In this document: one piece after another, positions 27,486 to 41,575 of the stretch | How the letters are laid out: the number at the start of each line of letters is the position of its first letter | Numbering within the stretch: position 1 is the stretch's first letter | NCBI RefSeq assembly: GCF_003704095.1 | Contig: NW_020845620.1 | Span: 1-64,000 of the forward strand | Direction: 5' to 3' | Source of the DNA: Pocillopora damicornis | Taxonomy: Eukaryota | DNA length: 64,000 nucleotides | Program-made: the position numbers and the translations under genes | Notes under the pieces: model-generated | Told to the model about the DNA's origin: nothing | The model's input: only the letters and a program-made list of their open reading frames with translations | Databases searched by the model: none

Positions 27486-30400
27486 ATGTCTCTCAGACTC
27501 GCGTTTGTCGCAAACCCAATTGCATTCAGCAAAGCAGTTTACATTTTTGCCGGATTGTGTTTTGCATGGCTCGCTCGTTCAGAAGGTGAGCGGAGTTGAA
27601 TTTTGTCAGCCTTCCTTCCCTCTCAAGTATACGTTGGTGTACATGTATATTTCGGGAAAAGTATATGACAATTCTATTTTGCTATGTTCAAACTCTTGCT
27701 ATAAGAAGTGATAAAACATTTTTCCATATCTGCGGGCTTTCAAATACATGATATTGTCTTGCAATGTCATCAAATATAATGCATCAAACACAGAATCTCT
27801 TGAATGTGAATTCATATCAAGACTGTCAACAAAGCTTGATCTAAAGACTAAAAAGACGCACATTTTTTTTTTTAATCAAACTGGTACTTACAAATATTGA
27901 CGATTGTGGACAGCGGACCAGTGATTTCAATATTCACAATTGCAAACGGATGAATTTATGATTGTGCTTAGAAAAGTGATAAATATTGCCTCTTCTTTGT
28001 TCATAAAATTGTTCCAAAATGAAGACGAAATTGAGCATTTATAATGTTCCTTCTGCTGTGAAAAATATCATCGAATTTATCATTTTATGAAATATGTTTT
28101 AAAGGCTTCTCTAGTTTCGAAAAAGAGGATAACAAATGGAAAGAGGTTGAGTCAAAAACAAACTTAGGTGTGTGGCATAAAATAATAATTAAGAATTCTG
28201 TCAATTAATATTTTATCAAGGTCCTCCCAATAAATTTTGTTTAAGATTGTTTTTTTTAGCGAAGCTCACTAGAATAAAACGAATATGAGGCGTGGAAAAC
28301 TTCGATCATTTTTTAATTGGCATCCATAAATAACGTGAATCTGGAGATGTAGTAACAACGACTCGCTAATATCAGTAGCATATATTAACCGTAAAAGTGT
28401 ATCGTTGATCCCAAGCAAGACAACCCAAAAGTCCCATTTACTCTATGCTTTGGAGGCTTTTGTTTTCAGTCTCATTGGGAACCAATGCCGTTGCTAAAAG
28501 GGACTTGATGTGGCCATCAAACTTCCTTCAAATTTATATACCTTAGGAGACAAAGTGTATTCTTGAGTCTTAAAAATCACCAAATGTACTTTAAAGGTTT
28601 TTTTTAACCCTGTCTTTCAATAAAGCAGCCCAGTTAGAGATGTCGTAGCCTTCACTATGCAAACTCGAGATTTTATTAGCAGCTAATTGCCCACGGGCAA
28701 AATTGAGTGACGAGTCTCTTTTAAAAATTGGCTCGCTCTATTGCAAAAAATACAAGGTTTATATTTGGCGAAATTTAATCGAATACGAGAGAGCAAAAAA
28801 CACCTGTCATTCTGTCATAACGATAATTGCCACTTAACTTGTGCTGATTGACAGTTTGCATAAGGATATCAGTTAACTTTTGAAACTAATAATAAACACA
28901 AAATGACCACCAAGTTCACTCTTTCTTGGCCCTGGTTAGCGATTGGTTTGCCAAGAGTCAAACGTTACTGGCACAAATATGGAATACCCGGCTGTCAAAA
29001 GTTGACAAGCATTGAGCGCATTTCAGTCAATCGAGTGTCGTAAACCGATGAAAAGCCAAAATTAGTACAATGGCCAAGCAGAGCATGGATAAAATCATAG
29101 AGAGTAAGTAGGCACTTCTAGTAAAAAAAGAAAAATGCATGAAGGACAGGAAAACGCATGAGGCGAAATCGCAATTTGTTTTAACGTTGCTCCTGATTGG
29201 CAGAGAGGAAGATGCAAATTTTCTTGACAAATTGCAGAGCGTGTTGGGCAAAGCAGTCACGGATTACTTTCGCGACTCACCTCACTCTAATAAGTTACCT
29301 AACAATTCAATTATCCTTCAAGAAATACTTTACTTCAGGGACAACTGCCTTTAACCCACAACAGTACATCTAATAAGATAAGCATCTAATTTTTACCAAC
29401 AGTTTCAACCTTGAATCAAATATTAAGGTCATGAGAATAGAGGAAATGATTGTAAACTTAAGAAGCTCTTGATTGTTAAAGAAATTCTCCTTTAAGTACC
29501 ATAGGAAATGTAGAGAGAACAGTTTGGAGAACTTGCATACTGATGTTAAGGTGTAAAAGGTTACATGTCTGATCGAAAGAAGTACATTGCACTTTGTGAA
29601 TTTTTATTTTCAGGGCAGATATAAAATAAACCGTTCGACGAATATAATTTTCTTTAAATCATTGAATCAGATTCTTGCAGGATTCTGAAGTTCACCGAGC
29701 CCATGGCGGACAACGCGTTACGAAATCACGTTATACAGTTGGTACAAGTCAATGATAAAGATCAGTGTGAACTACTCTGTTATTTGGAGCAGACGTGCCT
29801 GTCTTTCAATTTTGGATCGGGGAATTGTGAACTTAGTAACTCAGATCATTATCAACATCCGGCAGATTTGGTTTCCAGGATAGGTTTCTCGTATCATCCA
29901 ACAGCTGTAAGTGTACTTACATGATATACACACAAGTGTTTGACTTAGTGCAAAAGCAATTTCATTAACTCTTTAATCAAACTTGCAGAGTAAGCACAAC
30001 TGACAAGGTTCACACTTGTAATTTTGTGGTAAGCACAACTGACAAGGTTCACTCTTGTAATTTTGTGGCTGAGCTCTCATGTACTAAATGAGGAGTTTAA
30101 AAGAATGATCAATAAGCACTGACACATTTTGTTGCTCGAACCACCGTCATAATTTTACATAAACATTATGACACCTACACAAATGAACGATAAGACAAGG
30201 CCATACCGCGGGGGTACTGGTTTAGCTGAGTTGAGAAAGTGAATGATCTAGAATGAGAACTTGAACGAGAAAAGGGAAATATCCTTTACGGTGGTTATGC
30301 CGCGTCAGTTCACATTTGTTATCCTGATTCCGATGTGCGAGAACATGGTTTACCGAAAAAAGCATTCAGCTCACATTCCTACCGGTGATTCACCTACGCT

Positions 30401-33400
30401 GGTACGTGGTTTAAGTACTGTTCGAACACGCATTTTCAGATGCTTTCATATCATTAACATATAATAAAACCTTCAAAATATAACATCAAATAAACGTGAT
30501 AAAAGCTGAAAAAGAAGTAAGCAGATCGTCTAATTTTTCCGAAAAGCAAGCCTCGCCGTGAAATTAATCATTTTGTGAGTTTAAGGTCACGCCCATCGGT
30601 TTTCGATTTAAAAAAATTGTTCGAATCATTCTTTTCCATCGACAGATACTTTGCAGCGGCTTACTTTGTCCACCAGCTTCATCCTGTTTACCAAATCACC
30701 AAGGAAACCTTCGTTGTGTTTGTCCTGCTGACTGGCCTAATGCAACTAACTGTGAAAGAGGTGCGCTGTTTCGAATGCAATATATCAGGAACTTTTACGA
30801 ATCACAAATGGGGAAGGTTCGGATTGATAAGACATACTCGTTCCAACAAGATTTCGTATTTACTCTTCGATCTAAATTTTCTCACGGCTTCCGACTAAGT
30901 TTGTGGGGCGATTTTTCACTTTTCAAAGGCTTGTTTTCTTCGCCAATGAATGATATCTTGTCTTGCTGTTAGTTAAAATCGTGAAATAGTTTTACTATTA
31001 TGCATTTATGCTACAAATATGTCACTATCATCATCACAACTATTAGCCACATCAATACGTTTATCCCCAATACTTATTTCATCATCATCAGCGTCATCAC
31101 CATTGCTATTGTCTTACGTTTGCACTAACATCTAATAAATGCAAGAAATCCATTGATCGAAAAGAAAACTTTCCGTATGATGAATTCGGAGACCAGGGCT
31201 GTGTCCGAAAGAGAAAACACAATCTGCATCGGGACAATTTCTGAGTTAGCCATGAATAGGGAATAATCTAAATAGTTTGTCACTGATTCGTGTTTCTCTA
31301 GATAATACAAGTGCCTTCTAAAAAAAAATGTGATCGAAAAACACCCTTCCATATGGTAGTTCATCCTATTTCTATCCGATTTAGATGCTGATGAATGTAG
31401 CTCTGGATCACGTTACTGTTCCTGCTTATTGTGATGACACCGTGGGCTCATCCACTTGCACCTGTAAGAGAGGATTCTCGGGTGCATTGTTCTTATTACA
31501 CCGACATCAATAATGTCAGACAAACAACAAAATAAATTTCAAACTTTTCCTAGCCGGAAAATGGGGATAAATTGTTATGCTAAGGCTTCTGGGGAAAATC
31601 GCTTTTCACTATTCAAAAATGAAGAAGTAAAACGTGCTTTCGTGAATTTTTTATTCCTTATTTTATCCAATATAGATGCCGATGAATGTTCCCTTGGAAC
31701 GCATGACTGTTCCGCTGACGCGTATTGTAATAACACCGTGGGCTCTTTTAAGTGTACTTGTCGGACAGGATTCACAGGAGACGGCAGAAAATGTCGAAGT
31801 AAGATTCCAATCATTGTTCCTATCTTTGGTCACGCTATGTGACATCAATCATTATCTACGACGTTTTTTCCACTATCATTTTTGTTTTTCATCCAATTCA
31901 GATGTCGATGAATGCTCCCTTGGAAAACATAACTGTTCCGCTGACGCGTTTTGTAATGACAACTTGGGCTCATTCACTTGCACTTGTGCGTTGGGATTCT
32001 TAGGCGATGGCAGAACATGTCAAAGTAAGATCCATTTTAATTTAATCATTTACCAGTCAAAAATATCAGACTGACTAGATATGAAATAGTCCGTAAAATA
32101 TTAAATGATCAGAATAATTGTTCCACATTTTTACTCCCGTAGATAAATGAAATGAAATCCACATAGATATTCAAGTGGAACAGGCTTTCAAGATATAGTT
32201 TCTTCAGGTTTTTTTTGTCAATTTAGATGTTGATGAATGCACCCTTGGAACACATAACTGCTCTACTGACGCGATTTGCATTGACACCGTGGGCTCATTT
32301 AATTGCACATGTAGGACAGGATTCACAGGCGATGGCAGAACATGCCAAAGTAAGATGGATTTCATTCTTCTCGTTTCTTGATTTCATTACACTGATAATA
32401 GTAACCAAAGGATAGTTAAACATAATTCTTAAAATTTTCTGTGTCAACCAATATCATCCAGAAAAGTCTCAAGAAGTAAAACTCATTAACAATAATATCA
32501 ATAATAATAATAAAATTACAACATTAATAATAATAAACCTTGTTGTTGGCATTGTCAACTAGGCGTCAGTTTTTCAATCTTGAAAATCTCAACCGTCTCT
32601 GCATTATAACACTTCCAAAACCAGAATTATTCCTACCAGCGAGATCGACGAAGAAAAAGTTGGCTGTATACTAGCCAGACCGAGTTTTCCACTCGACGCC
32701 TCGCAAGCTACCAGTACTGATCAATATGTTTTCTTTCTGCAGCGACCAATGAGTGTGTTGCGGAAAACAATTCATGTCACGAGGACGCCGTGTGCACAGA
32801 CACCGAAGACGGCTACAACTGCACGTGCAGTCAGGATATGATAGGGAACGGATCCTTATGCTTGGGTTAGTCGTATCACGATAATTTAAAATGGTAATGG
32901 ATCGAGTGGAGTCCAATTCTATCCATAATTATACGAATGATTAACAAAATCGGACGACCGCAAAGCAGGAGTCTGATTTGTTAATCACTCGTATGATCAC
33001 AGACAGAATTGGACAACACGAAGTCCTGTTACCAATTAATCATAATCCATGATCCATGCTGTTCTCTGTACATTTCTTACGGTACTTTAAAGGAAATTTC
33101 TCTAACAAGCCAAGTGAAGAGCTTCTTGAGTTCACTATCATTCCTTCTATTATAGGATTTCCTTTTTACTGGACACTTAATGGATCTGATCCGTTCATAA
33201 GGTAAGACGATGAAACAAATCCGGAAACGGCGTCGTGGGAAAACGCTTTCTTCCCCCTTCATTATTATACTCAAAGGAAACATCTTGTCGTTTCCTCCAG
33301 TTCTGTTTAAAAACAGAACCATCTCGAGTAGCTATTTTCCTGCTCACTGGGACTCAGGCTGGTTTGTTGTGTATGATTTTGGAATATCACTGTTAAAAAT

Positions 33401-34901
33401 GTTAATAATCACTAAGAAAGTTGCCTATTTGCGATAGGATTTTCTCGCGCTCACTCACATGCAAAAAGGACATATTTGTTTTCTTAGACAAAAGAAAGAC
33501 ATTGCATTAAAAGGAGTTTGCAGCACAAACATGGTTGTTTTTGGAAAATATTTCAAACTAACAATCTTTTAACGGGAGAAAAATTTTCGTTATAATTTGC
33601 GATTATTTCAAATCTAGCACACACCTGATACACGTACAAACTTCCGCCGATACAATTACACTTTATATCGTTAAAAAACAATATCCTACCACACTTTGAA
33701 AAATTTACAGATATCAGAGACGAAAATTCTGTCTAATCCGTATTATCTCGAATGGTTAAAATGGCGTGAATATCATGCAGGTTATTGTCCATGACCTACA
33801 CCAGAAATGCATTATAACCAAATAATTACCACTAAAAATGACCTAAACCCATTTCATTTCCATCTCGCGGACAGTTTGTACAATGGTGCCACCTACAAAA
33901 GTATTAATGGAACGACAGCCCTGTATTTGGATGGACGTTCATACGCAGAAACTCCAGCACTCCCAATCCAGACCACCAGCTTCAGTATCCTGTGCTGGAT
34001 GAAAGTTTTAAACCTTCCTGCGCATGTTATAAACATCTACTCTGATTGGTCTTCACCCCACCAGTTCAGGTTTGGCATGATACAAGACAGTTTGTGCGCC
34101 AACCTCCGCCGAGATTTTCCTAAATCCTCAAATATTGTTTACTTCTGTAGAGGGTGAGCATCATACAACACACTGATCAGTTCATATTTTTATAAAAAGG
34201 ACGAATCAGCCTTTTCAGTTTCTTGCCCTTTTTCTTGTTCTGGTTTTTTTTTCTCTAAATTGTGGAGCAGGGCGGTAAGAAAATAAATATAATTTGCGGA
34301 AATATTTTGTTGATAAGAAAAGACCGGCGACGAACAACTTTTGTAGCTCACATAAACAAAAAATTCCACACTAGAAACGGACTCTTTTTGAGCTCTTTAC
34401 CGTGGCCAGAAAAGTATAAAAAAAGGTCAATACGGGAAAAAGAGAGAGAGGATAAAATCAAACTCACTGACCAGTGAGTATTTCTTCTGCTTAATATGGA
34501 CGCTTTTCATTGTTTGTAAAAACTGTTCAACTCTGAACGGCTGAGAAAAATTATATTCAGTATTTCATGAATCAACATTAACATTTATAATTTTCTTTCC
34601 TTCCGTAAGGCATATCCACCTGAACAAATGGATGCACGTTGCATTCACATGGAGTCGCGAAGGACTTATCGGAAGACTGTACATAGACGGATTGGAAGAA
34701 GGCAAAGAAAGAGTTAGTGGGTCAACTACTAATTTAGATCTCAACCCCACTGGCCACTCTGTGTTTGACATCGGGCTCAAACGGGATTCCTTGTCTCAAC
34801 ATACTTTCCACGGATTTCTGAGGAATCTCATGGTTTTTGATGTGGCAATAACTGGATTGGAAGTGAAGAAAATTTTTACAGACGGTTACACGGCAGCTTA
34901 A
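27486..34901 (+). CDS. Secreted signal peptide-PAN/Apple-EGF-4x calcium-binding-EGF-like-LamG (ConA-like lectin/pentraxin) protein, copy A, apparently intact
   Basis: Phase-compatible exons: 27486-27585 (hydrophobic leader MSLRLAF...[12 protein letters not shown]), 29671-29906 (PAN: [24 protein letters not shown]), 30646-30760 (EGF), 31676-31798, 31902-32024, 32227-32349, 32743-32865 (D/N-x-D/N-E-C EGFs), 33156-33201 ([10 protein letters not shown]), 33875-34153, 34610-34901 ([13 protein letters not shown]). No transmembrane segment seen. Confidence 0.85.
29351..29563. mobile_element. Related MITE
   Basis: ttaaccc...aaaggtta ends; body (aaggtca..gaaatgat..agaagctct.gattg..aaa..attctcctt) matches the 3403 element. 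Confidence 0.6.
29990..30068 (+). repeat. About 39-bp tandem repeat, 2 copies
   Basis: taagcacaactgacaaggttcac.cttgtaattttgtgg occurs twice. Confidence 0.9.
31385..31482 (+). pseudogene. Dead cbEGF pseudo-exon inside copy A
   Basis: ag|ATGCTGATGAATGT... parallels the 31676 exon, but has a short frameshifting deletion and no recognisable 3' end or donor. Confidence 0.7.
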
Positions 34902-37900
34902 CAATACAAGCAATAACAACTGACAAAAGAAGAAAAAAAAACAAAAAAAAACGGACAAGAACTTCCGAAACTAACAACATGTACAGTGTCTTTCAATACA
35001 AGGTCGATTGAATAACAGTGGTCTAGCAACGCTAAAATCTGATAGTTCACGGCCTCTCTCCGCTATCATCAGATTAATTCATACTAAGTAGATCAGTAAC
35101 TATTTCATTTCTATTTGAGATTCTGCCTTGATTTTATTAAACATTTTTCTCTTTATCAACTGGCTCACCTCTTAACAAATCACCTCTAAACGAAGTGCAG
35201 GAAAGAAGTCCGGAAAAAAACATTTGAACAAAACTTCGATGCGGTTTCTTTACATCTTTTCTGTTTACAACAGATAGTACTAAGAGGTAATTGTTGAAGA
35301 AACCTTTCCAAACGCTGGAAGGTTACTTAATACGATAAGATGCTGGAATAAGCACCGGAAATTGTTAACTAATTAGCGATTTGAGGGCCTTGGAGAGAGA
35401 ATAAAAAATTTGCCACCAGTTCGGCCTGAAAAAATCTAAATAGATACCTTTGGTTACTTTTAAGCTCAAAAATGCTTTTTAATCATAAAATGAATGTTAT
35501 CTCATTAACTTCATAAAGAGACCTGTAACAAAATGCAGAAGTTCAAAATGGACACAATGTTGTTAATGTACCTCTCCTCAACACGAATGTTGAATGTGTT
35601 ATACTAAACGGTATAATTATTGTTGAGGAATTGTTTTAAACGCGTTGAAATACGACGAGTTATTTCTTTGTAAATAACCTGCTCAAGTAGATGGCACACA
35701 AAACGTTTTTTGCTACAGTGCTATGGTTTACAATCAGGGAGCGTTTGCAAGACCGGTCAAAGAGTAATTCGCACAGGTTAAAAAGAGTAAGCGGCCCTTT
35801 CAAAAGTGTCGTTCCTCATTTTAATCATTTATGGGATGCCCTATCTATATCAATCAGAAAAAAGAAAGCTGAACTAGATCATTTACTTTTCCTTTCAAGT
35901 TGCGACGATGGCCAGGTTGATCTGAGTCAAACATTTATCTATGAATCAGTAGGGTTCTTTACATATCACTTTTGTACAAATTATAGGAAAGAGTTCAGGA
36001 AATAATTTAATAGAAAGCCCTCGGCAGTTTTGTCAGATCTTTCCTGTTTACAGTATCGTAAATCATATGAGGAAACTAATTCTTAGAGAAAACTTTGCAA
36101 GCGCTGGAAGGTAACCTGAGATGATAAGATACCACGATGAGTGTTAAGCAGAAAATCTGAAATTATGTTACGTGGCCTACCTCAAATGTCCTTTGATAAT
36201 TTTTCATTCATACAATGGTTTCATAATAAATTCAGCAATTCAAATTTTTCTAACAAAGACCTGTGGATTCACAAGTTGAAAGGAAACATTTTGACTCAAT
36301 TATTATAACTCAAGAGCTTTTGAACGATGTTTAAACTGTTACATTTCTTTCGCACGAATGATGGATATGTGTTACCTCGATTAACTAGTCATTCTGTTAA
36401 TTTAAGGAAAATTAAAGATAAATGAATTAAATTATAACACAGAATGCTTATAGTTGTTCTGTTGATGAGGACTCTAGAAACTTATTGCAATTTAAAAGGT
36501 TAACGGGTTGAATGGTTATGCAATTCCAAACTTCTCTGAAAGTTGTTTAAAACAGTTTTGATATCTTAGATCTCAAATCTATTGAATAAGAATTTTTCTT
36601 ATTTGCAATATCTAGAGATGTTTTAGATAGCTTCAAGGCTACCTTTTTAGAGATCTACTTCTTTCATTTGGATTGAATCCGTAACAGTAATTCAGAACTT
36701 TTTCTCAAGACAAATAGTTCAATAATGATTTAAGATATAGCTGTAAATATTTTGCACAAGATTTTACGAAGCATAAATACATTTTGAAGACATTTCCATA
36801 ACATTCAAGACAAAGACAAATGTTATGAAATCAAATCAAATAAAATGCGTCTTTGCAAAATAAATGTTTTAAATCCAGAAGTACTAATGGCTGTTAATGT
36901 GGTGGCGGAAAAGCTTTGAACGCACATAATTTATATCTAACAAGTTACTTTGTCTCGGACTTCAGCTCAAGTTGTTCGCCAAAAAGCGTCACTTACTGTG
37001 ACTCCGATACCAGTCCCTTTTCAAGACTCTCCTCAGCCGAAATTTTATTCAAAAGGGCTTCTTGTTCTTCTCTACTAAATTAAACAATTTCTCTCATATT
37101 GTCCCAGAAAAGAACTGTTTGGTTTGGAGCTTGGTGCAAGCTTTTTTTGTTTTATTAAACGTTATTTACCAAGTAACGGGAAATGAAAGGAGACTTATCA
37201 GTTCCGGAGTAATTTATTACCACCTGTCCAATCCTAAGGCTCAGGATGTTTTTTTTAATTGGAAAAAATACTAAGACTTTTTAAATTGTTACTCATTTAA
37301 ATGGAAATACCGAAAAGCTCTTCGAAGGATTTCACCGTTGGGATTTTTTCTATCGATTAAGCATGACAAGAAAAATGTGTTCACTAAAGGTTTCTTCTCC
37401 TCTCACAGTATACAATTCACGGAAAGGTCACAATTTTCAACGCCAAAGTGGCGTCAAGTTGTTTTCTTTTTTTTTTTCTCTAGATCTCCTTCTTGAGGAT
37501 GAAATCTCAGCTTCACTCAGAGATCTAAGGAGATTTCTCATGCGCATACCATTTATTTTGAGTTTAGATTTTTGTCATTCAGGTCTGGGTTCTGTTGTAC
37601 AAAATCTAGTTTTCGCATTTCCATTGAGTAGTGGAGCGAAAATTTTCCATACAAAATTTTTACCTCAGCATGTCTCTGAAAGCATCTTCTTTGTGAAACT
37701 GTAAGAGGAAAAACCCACATTTAGTAACGTCATAACGAACTCAAAAGAGTAAAACTTAAGCTTTATGCCGTCGATGTAAGAAATTTTAATTTAATAAATC
37801 ATCCAATCTGAGTTTGAGACGACTTCTCACCCTTTCTAATATATTCCAATTGTTTCATAATAATACTCTCACAGTCTGCATTCGGAGGGCCTGCGGCTTT

Positions 37901-38096
37901 CTCGATAAGTGAAAAAGCCATTACTTGACGTAGCGTAGTAACATTTTGCCTTCGATGGTATTTTCATCTAATCGAACTGTTAAAAAAGGATGGCCGTATA
38001 TGCTCACGTTGTGTATAAATTTAGAGGGACCGTCGATAAGGATCATTTCAGAAGATTTCTGTACCCCGTGAGTTCGCACTGTACTGTGACAGGAAA

Positions 38097-38830
38097 ATGA
38101 GAAAACTCGTACTGACTTTGGTTTTCATTGCATGTATCGCCTATGGGTACTGTCGTTCTTTTTTGGCTGAAGACAACGCACGCTCAGCAGAGAGAGTGAG
38201 ACAGAAATTATTTGCAAGGTAAGTACTAATTTCGAAAGCATCACATTTGCTCTTTGGTTAACGTTTCTTTGTTAGACCTTGATTGAATTAATCCTAAAAC
38301 TCATTGTAGGACATTGTAAACCTGTTATTAAAACTGTTCGGTGTTCGCTTGGAGATTTAATCCGTTCGTCATCCTAGTGTATACGAACTCTCCACGTACG
38401 TTGCATTTTGACAAATCAAACTGCGTTAGGCGTTGGTAAACGGTAGTTATTCCCAACAAAAAGGTTAAAATGAACAAAAGTCCCCCTGGAAAGATCTCCG
38501 TTTACAAGTTCGTAAAAGCAGTGGTGGAGAGCTCCCACCAACAAGATTGCCTCGGAATGGAAATGTATCTCTTTAAGAAATATCATGGGAAATTAAATAA
38601 AATCACACTCAATACCAACTAATATATGTTTTCGCAAATTTAAGACAGCCCTGGTTATTAGTCATATCTCGCACGGCTTATATCCCATGCTGCGTGGTCA
38701 GCTAAAATCGCCTAAACATTTCTGGAGTGTTTTTTCCGATTTTTTTTTGGCTCGGTAAGCTCTTCGATAGAGAAAAATCTTCACATTCAGTTACAAGCTT
38801 TTAAACAAAACAAAATTTGAAAAGAATAAA

Positions 38831-38875
<45 letters not shown>

Positions 38876-41575
38876 TATAGCAGGTAAATTTAGTGTTAAC
38901 AACTGGGTTGAAAACGTAAATTAGCCACCGTAAAGGGTAAAAAAGCTGACGTTTCGAGCGTTAGCCCTTCGTCAGAGCGATTGAAGTGAACGAAGTTTTA
39001 AAAAATAAATTTTACCAGTTTAAAAAAAACTTATGGAGTCTTAGTAGTTAAATTTTTTTCACAGCTTATTCTCCCTCGATCATTGGATATCAATAATAAT
39101 GGTAATGGAAGTTGCTAGGTTTTGAAGTCTAGATCCATTTGGCACGATTTCATTCAAAGATGGGCTGTTGCCATGGTAACAGTGATTGATTAACGCATTC
39201 TGCATCATGACCGATCCTTTCTCTCTCAAGGAGTAAAACAAATAGCGTCTGGCTTTCAGGTGTCTCACCAGTCATTTGACACAATTTCGAGCGAATATTG
39301 TTCGGATGGTAGCCCCAATCTATTAGTTTAAGATTTGTGCTTCAAAAATTGCTTGATGTTTTCCATCAAGGAGAAAAATCTCACTCCACAAAATGCATTA
39401 TCAACAAAATCAACAGAGAAGACTGCCAAGCTCAACTACATTTAGAAGCTATCCAAACAGTCCACTTTTTAGGACTCAAATATGTTACTAATTCTATGGA
39501 TGACGGAGTTTCTAAATGAATAAATTATATTAGGGAAAAGATAAACTTTGGCCACCATTTTATAAAGTTGAGGTAAAAAGTCAAATATATGCAAAAGTAG
39601 CCTTTTTTCCTTCCAATTTTTTTCTCAGAGAAGGAGGAAAAATTAAACTTAATTACTAAGATACATTATCTGACATCGAGAGTGCTAGGCGAAATTCGTT
39701 GATAACATTTATGGTCAAAGGACTTATTAAATGGTATGAAATGAAACACAATTTCGCAGTATACCTTCGAATTATTTGGCAATTTTCATCCGATGCATGC
39801 TTGTGTCACTCACTTCTGTTGATATTCTGTTTCATTATCTTGATGTTACCAAGGTTAAGCAGGAAGCTTGGCTTGATATTTTCTGTAGGGACTTTAAGCC
39901 TTCAGCTTTGTAAATGATACCTTACGATGTAAAAATCGGCCAACGTTATTTGTGCGATTTCCGCCATGGAAGTACTGAAATTCATTCAGATCCAGCTCTA
40001 AGTCGAGAAATAAAAGATATGCCTCTTTACCATTTTCCTTACATGTGGAAAACGGTCGAACATATTGCATTGAAATACTGCACCACCAAAATTTGATTTG
40101 CATAGACTTCGTCTCAACCCCAAGTCATATGGCGTCCGTGGCAGTCAACGGCAACGTAGCAGTCAGATGTAGGGCAATACTGGCCGGCCACGCGCCAATT
40201 TCCCGCGCAAAATTTTAAAGGAAAAATAAGAAACTAGCGCTGTCTCGCAGAATAAGCAATGCAAATGGAAAAGTTCATTGCAATCTGTAAAAGGAAAAAA
40301 ATGTAAGGAAAAGCAAAGGTCGAGACTTTTCGAACTCAAAGCTTATTCAAATACAGGTATGCTGTTTATGTAATATTCTATTTTGAGCTTTACCAAAAAG
40401 GCTCCATCGCTTGTGAAACATCGTGACTTCCTGGCTTGTGTGGGTGTTTGTGACTTGTGTGAGACAACTTGGTTTGGACAGCCTGAAAGTACGCCATGTA
40501 ATCATTACAACGTTTTGCACGTGCTCAGACGTAGAAGCACAGACGTCCCATTTTCTTAACCAACCAAAAATTAAAAAGACGACTCAACAATCCTAGCTTA
40601 TTACGATACAATTCAAAACAAAGGTCACTAACAAGTTCACTTCTTTGCACGACTGTAGGATGAGTAAAATGGACGACACCGCTGACACTAAGCGAAGAGG
40701 GGAAAAAAGGAGTCAAAACTGTACACCACCTCACTGTCAGAGTCACGGTTACCATAGTGGCTGGCTTATGGAGTAAGTGTAGTTGACCAGATAGATATCA
40801 CACAACTGCTTTTCTAAGCAAAACGAGGCTTTATCCACAACTGATTACGTAACATCTTTGGCTTACAACCTACGAAGACGTTCCGAGGATTCCGAGGGCT
40901 GCTAACGTCTAAAATAATTTGAAGAATGTCAAAGATGGAGATTACTTAACAAAGAATGTTAAGACGCCCATGAACTTGCTAACACACCAGTAACCCAGAG
41001 TTGAGAGTTGACATGATAAATTGTCCTGTGAGATTGTTGTTCTTACTTTTCAGTGAAGCGAGATTCGAAGAAATAATGAGTGAGAGTAAGGAAGCAGGAG
41101 CTTAAACTTAACTAAGACAAAGCTATGCACCATGCAGAAACATCACTCCTTTTTGTGTCTATAGGAGACCAGTCAATGTTTATCTCCAGGGGGAGGGGAG
41201 CTAGTCAATATTTATCTTCAGGGGGAGGGAGTGTGAGGAGGATTTTGAGGGGATCACAGGGTTTTCAGGGAAAACGGAAGAGGGATTAATCGCCAACAGA
41301 GTAAACAGGGAGGACTATAGAGCGTTTATAGACCATAAATATTTCCAATTCACTTTTTCGAGTGGAAGGAAAGGAAGTTGAGGATTTCTAATGAGTCGTT
41401 CCCTTTCTGTGCTTTAGTGAATAAAAAGATTTCTCTTGTGCGAATTTTCGATCAAAATCGATGAAGAGTGGTCATTAATTTCTTCTTTTTCATACACGAT
41501 TGTAGCAAGGAAGACGTGATTGACGCAGCCAATGCGAAGCGAGGGGCGGACTATGGTCATCTTGGAAATCAGTAA
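38097..41575 (+). CDS. Small secreted prepropeptide-like protein, copy 1
   Basis: Exon 38097-38218 MRKLVLTLVFIACIAYGYC-RSFLAEDNARSAERVRQKLFA ends at a phase-2 GTAAGT donor. Candidate last coding exon 41506-41575 in matching phase reads KEDVIDAANAKR-GADYGHLGNQ*. TATAAA near 38014. Internal small exons are possible. Confidence 0.55.
38810..38982 (-). mobile_element. Penelope-like element terminal fragment carrying a minimal hammerhead motif
   Basis: Minus strand 38978-38944 reads GCT-CTGACGA-AGGGCTAACGCTC-GAAAC-GTC-AGC. Confidence 0.65.

Noticed and set aside
27486-34901. Orthology of the LamG genes to pentraxin-domain ADGRD2, a neighbour of human PSMB7
   Set aside because: No GAIN/7TM exons, different architecture, and they lie on the other side of the gene pair.
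39889-41170. Candidate internal micro-exons of peptide gene 1 (39889, 41054, 41164)
   Set aside because: Acceptor/donor-like sites exist, but phases only reconcile with a 7-nt exon and weak donors; needs transcripts.
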